From contig CAVUXE010000020.1 of NCBI GenBank assembly GCA_963745235.1, positions 1 to 31,127 on the forward strand: a DNA stretch of 31,127 nt, written 5' to 3'. The notes beneath the pieces are model-generated. The model made no database searches and was not told the DNA's origin. It saw only the letters and a list, made by a program, of their open reading frames with translations. The number at the start of each line of letters is the position of its first letter. Position 1 is the first letter of the stretch. The stretch comes from an uncultured Spirochaetota bacterium (GTDB lineage: Bacteria > Spirochaetota > Spirochaetia > SZUA-6 > Fen-1364). Made by a program: the position numbers and the translations under genes. Below are positions 29,301 through 31,127 of this stretch, piece after piece.

Positions 29301-31127
29301 AGCAGTAATGTGTTCAATACGAGAGGGATTAGTAGCTTCAACAACCTGACGGGAGGCCTGGTCTCAACGGGTATACAATATGGGATGACTGGGGACGCTA
29401 CGTTGAACCTGATGAACATAGCTGACTTTGGCAGCGAAAGGGGTTACGGACTGCTGGAGATGCACCTGGACAAAGCAAGGGTTCAGCATGAACCTGGGCA
29501 GTAATGGAACGAATGTCAGCTTGGGAACAATCGCTTCGAGCATGGGCGGGGTTGGCGAATCGTATAAGATCACCGAGGCGAAGTATGAAAACCTGCAGGG
29601 GGATAAGCCTGCACTTACGACATTGAACTCGGCCAATGGGCTTGGCTACACCGACAACAAAGATAACTATCAGTTGGCGAAGGATATTTTGAACGGGAAC
29701 AAGAATGTCGTTTACTATAACGCATCCACTCCAGCGGTCACAACGCAGGACCTTGCCGCGCTTGCCTATGCAGGAGATGACGGGAAGTCGATTTATGTCA
29801 ACTCCAAGCTGCTTGGCGGAAAAAGAAGGGGCCGCGCAAGTTGCATCAATCATGTCTCATGAAGCCAAGCACCTGGCAGGGAAAGATGAGTTCGAATCAC
29901 GGATGACGGAGACCAGTGCGTATTCCGATTTGATGAAGGCGTGGGGCGTGACCGGAGCCGGAGACGAGGATACAGGGCTCGCCTGGGGCGCAAGCATGCT
30001 GCGCAAGATAGGGGCCGGCGGCTATGGGTTTGTGCTTGACGCGCAGATCGCTAGCCTTCCTGTCAGCTCAAGTGGAAGGGTGTACGACCAGGCGCCGGCA
30101 CAGGACTCGGGGTCCTTGCGCAGACTCAATTGCGACGGGCTATAACAAGCACGAATACGGAATCGAACAAGCTTTGGGATTATCTGGTTCAATCAGGTGA
30201 CAAAGGAAAGATAGCTGACATTCTGTGGGACAGTGGTACATTCTCCAATTTCACTGCCGGCGTTTTGTCTGAAGAAGCCGATGGCAGTGCGTTTGCGCTG
30301 CTGGGCGGCCTGCGTGATGCGTTAAAGGACTCCACGGACTTTGCCGCCGGAAGTATCCTCAGCCACGACATGCTTCAGTACACGACAAACGTGTTCCGCG
30401 GCAGCAACGGGATGAATGGGCTTTCAGGGGCGTTATTCCTGGCGAACCTCGCATCGGAGGACGTGGTACGAGCGGGAAATGCGAACGGGTATTTGATCAA
30501 CGATGTGGCGCGGACGTACGAGGGGGAATATCTCAATATTAACTACGACAGGACTGGGGCCATCGCCGGCGATCTGACTGGAGCGCAGTACTACATGAAC
30601 TTCAATCTCAAAGGCCCGGGGATGGCCAGGCGATCACCGGGTATTTCAATTGGCCATGGGTTAGTTCACCGACCAGTACCCCATCGCTGGATTGCATTGG
30701 ATATGTCAACACAGTGCTGTATGCGTCCGGGGCCCAAAGCCGGGCTAGCTCTAAATGCAAGTGTCAAGGGCAATAAAACTGAGGTTGGCATATGGTCGAG
30801 GGAATACACATCAGCGCATGCTGCTCAGTTGGACACGGAGTCGGGAATTGTGGCAAATGGGCTAAGTCGCACTTTCCTATATGGCGGGTGGCCTCAGATG
30901 GTTGCCGACAAGAAGCAGGCGAACCAGTACGTGGGGGGCGTGTTGCTTGCCTATGGAGATGATCGAAAGACATGGAGCGACACCCCTCAGGTAGGAGACC
31001 TCGTCTTCATGCAGGGGCATGTTGGGTTCTATGGTAGTAAACGATCTCGGGCAAAACATCCTGAGTACATAGCGCACCGCGGCTGACGGGCTCGGCGGGA
31101 CGACATATGGAGCAGGTCCGAGAGAGA
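20342..31127 (+). CDS. Giant secreted helical protein, candidate polymorphic toxin (about 3,580 aa or more), fragmented by small frameshifts; 3' end uncertain (TGA at 31086 or beyond the window)
   Basis: Sec signal peptide 'MKVHAVLGTLLSVVLALALTASAAA-QE'. Five overlapping + strand ORFs (20342..23986, 23661..29504, 29428..29862, 29705..30145, 30130..31086) join through small indels at ~23770, ~29473, ~29822 and ~30120-30150. Each upstream fragment decays into non-protein-like sequence exactly where the next frame becomes protein-like. Confidence 0.82.
21233..21454 (+). repeat. Trp-periodic helical repeat, block 1 (six Trp, spacing 15-14-15-14-15)
   Basis: W-LESFKAAFEKGLSQ-W-DTAEEKFLVSRME-W-ERDAGKSYSEGEKA-W-STAFEKLTTARKG-W-EQEVDQLLQTGAAK-W. 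Confidence 0.85.
27528..27746 (+). repeat. Trp-periodic helical repeat, block 2 (six Trp, spacing 14-15-14-15-14)
   Basis: W-GQSVQDLGSRQQT-W-YAQVGLVRAKAASA-W-DESQQKLLEAFGQ-W-REGFQQEYGDKSDA-W-NVAYLGLVEKKDD-W. Confidence 0.85.
29780..29935 (+). other. HEXXH zincin-like metallopeptidase motif within the giant protein
   Basis: After removing one A at ~29822 the frame reads 'KSIYVNSKLLGGKEGAAQVASIMSHEAKHLAGKDEFESR'. HEAKH lies at 29858-29872. Confidence 0.65.
30620..31086 (+). other. NlpC/P60 (papain-like) cysteine hydrolase domain at the C-terminus of the giant protein
   Basis: Frame 3 reads 'SLDCIGYVNTVLYASG' (Cys codon 30693-30695); frame 1 reads 'TPQVGDLVFMQGHVGFYG'. Confidence 0.7.

Noticed and set aside
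20342-29504. Phage tape-measure protein or prophage
   Set aside because: Despite the helical Trp periodicity, the protein has a Sec signal peptide and the window has no capsid, tail, terminase or integrase genes.
29400-30200. Intein/HINT domain before the C-terminal region
   Set aside because: No 'CF..GT' start or 'VHN' end motif was seen in the repaired reading; an HEXXH motif occupies this position instead.
20342-31127. RTX/T1SS substrate, Rhs/YD protein or CdiA-type filamentous haemagglutinin
   Set aside because: No GGxGxDxL repeats, YD repeats, TPS domain or beta-helix repeats were seen, and the window has no ABC transporter or TpsB partner.
1-31127. CRISPR array, tRNA/rRNA genes, IS elements
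   Set aside because: The window is almost fully coding. No spaced direct repeats, cloverleaf, transposase or terminal inverted repeats were seen by eye.

Overview
High-GC bacterial DNA, most likely from a spirochaete (inferred from the spirochaete-style M23 peptidase N-terminus and the many lipoproteins). Bases 1-5.7 kb hold ordinary genes: a membrane protein plus a CPBP protease, a secreted GH5 interrupted by one in-frame TGA, a STAS anti-anti-sigma factor, an M23 peptidase and a short, possibly remnant ORF. From 5883 to the window end runs a tightly coupled + strand operon of over 25 kb. It encodes two TPR lipoproteins, a small lipoprotein, TolC, an adaptor (MFP) with an unusually long helical hairpin, two Ig-like (Big_5-type) lipoproteins and two divergent RND permeases. 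It ends in one giant gene (20342 to at least 31086, about 3,580 aa after repairing small frameshifts). The giant protein has a Sec signal peptide, a helical stalk with two blocks of Trp spaced 14/15 residues apart, a glycine-zipper hydrophobic segment, an HEXXH metallopeptidase, and a C-terminal NlpC/P60-like domain whose catalytic 'DCIG' motif is hidden in another reading frame. The best reading, which is an inference, is a dedicated RND/TolC-associated export or display system for a giant polymorphic toxin. Most frameshifts are single-base insertions and look like long-read sequencing errors.
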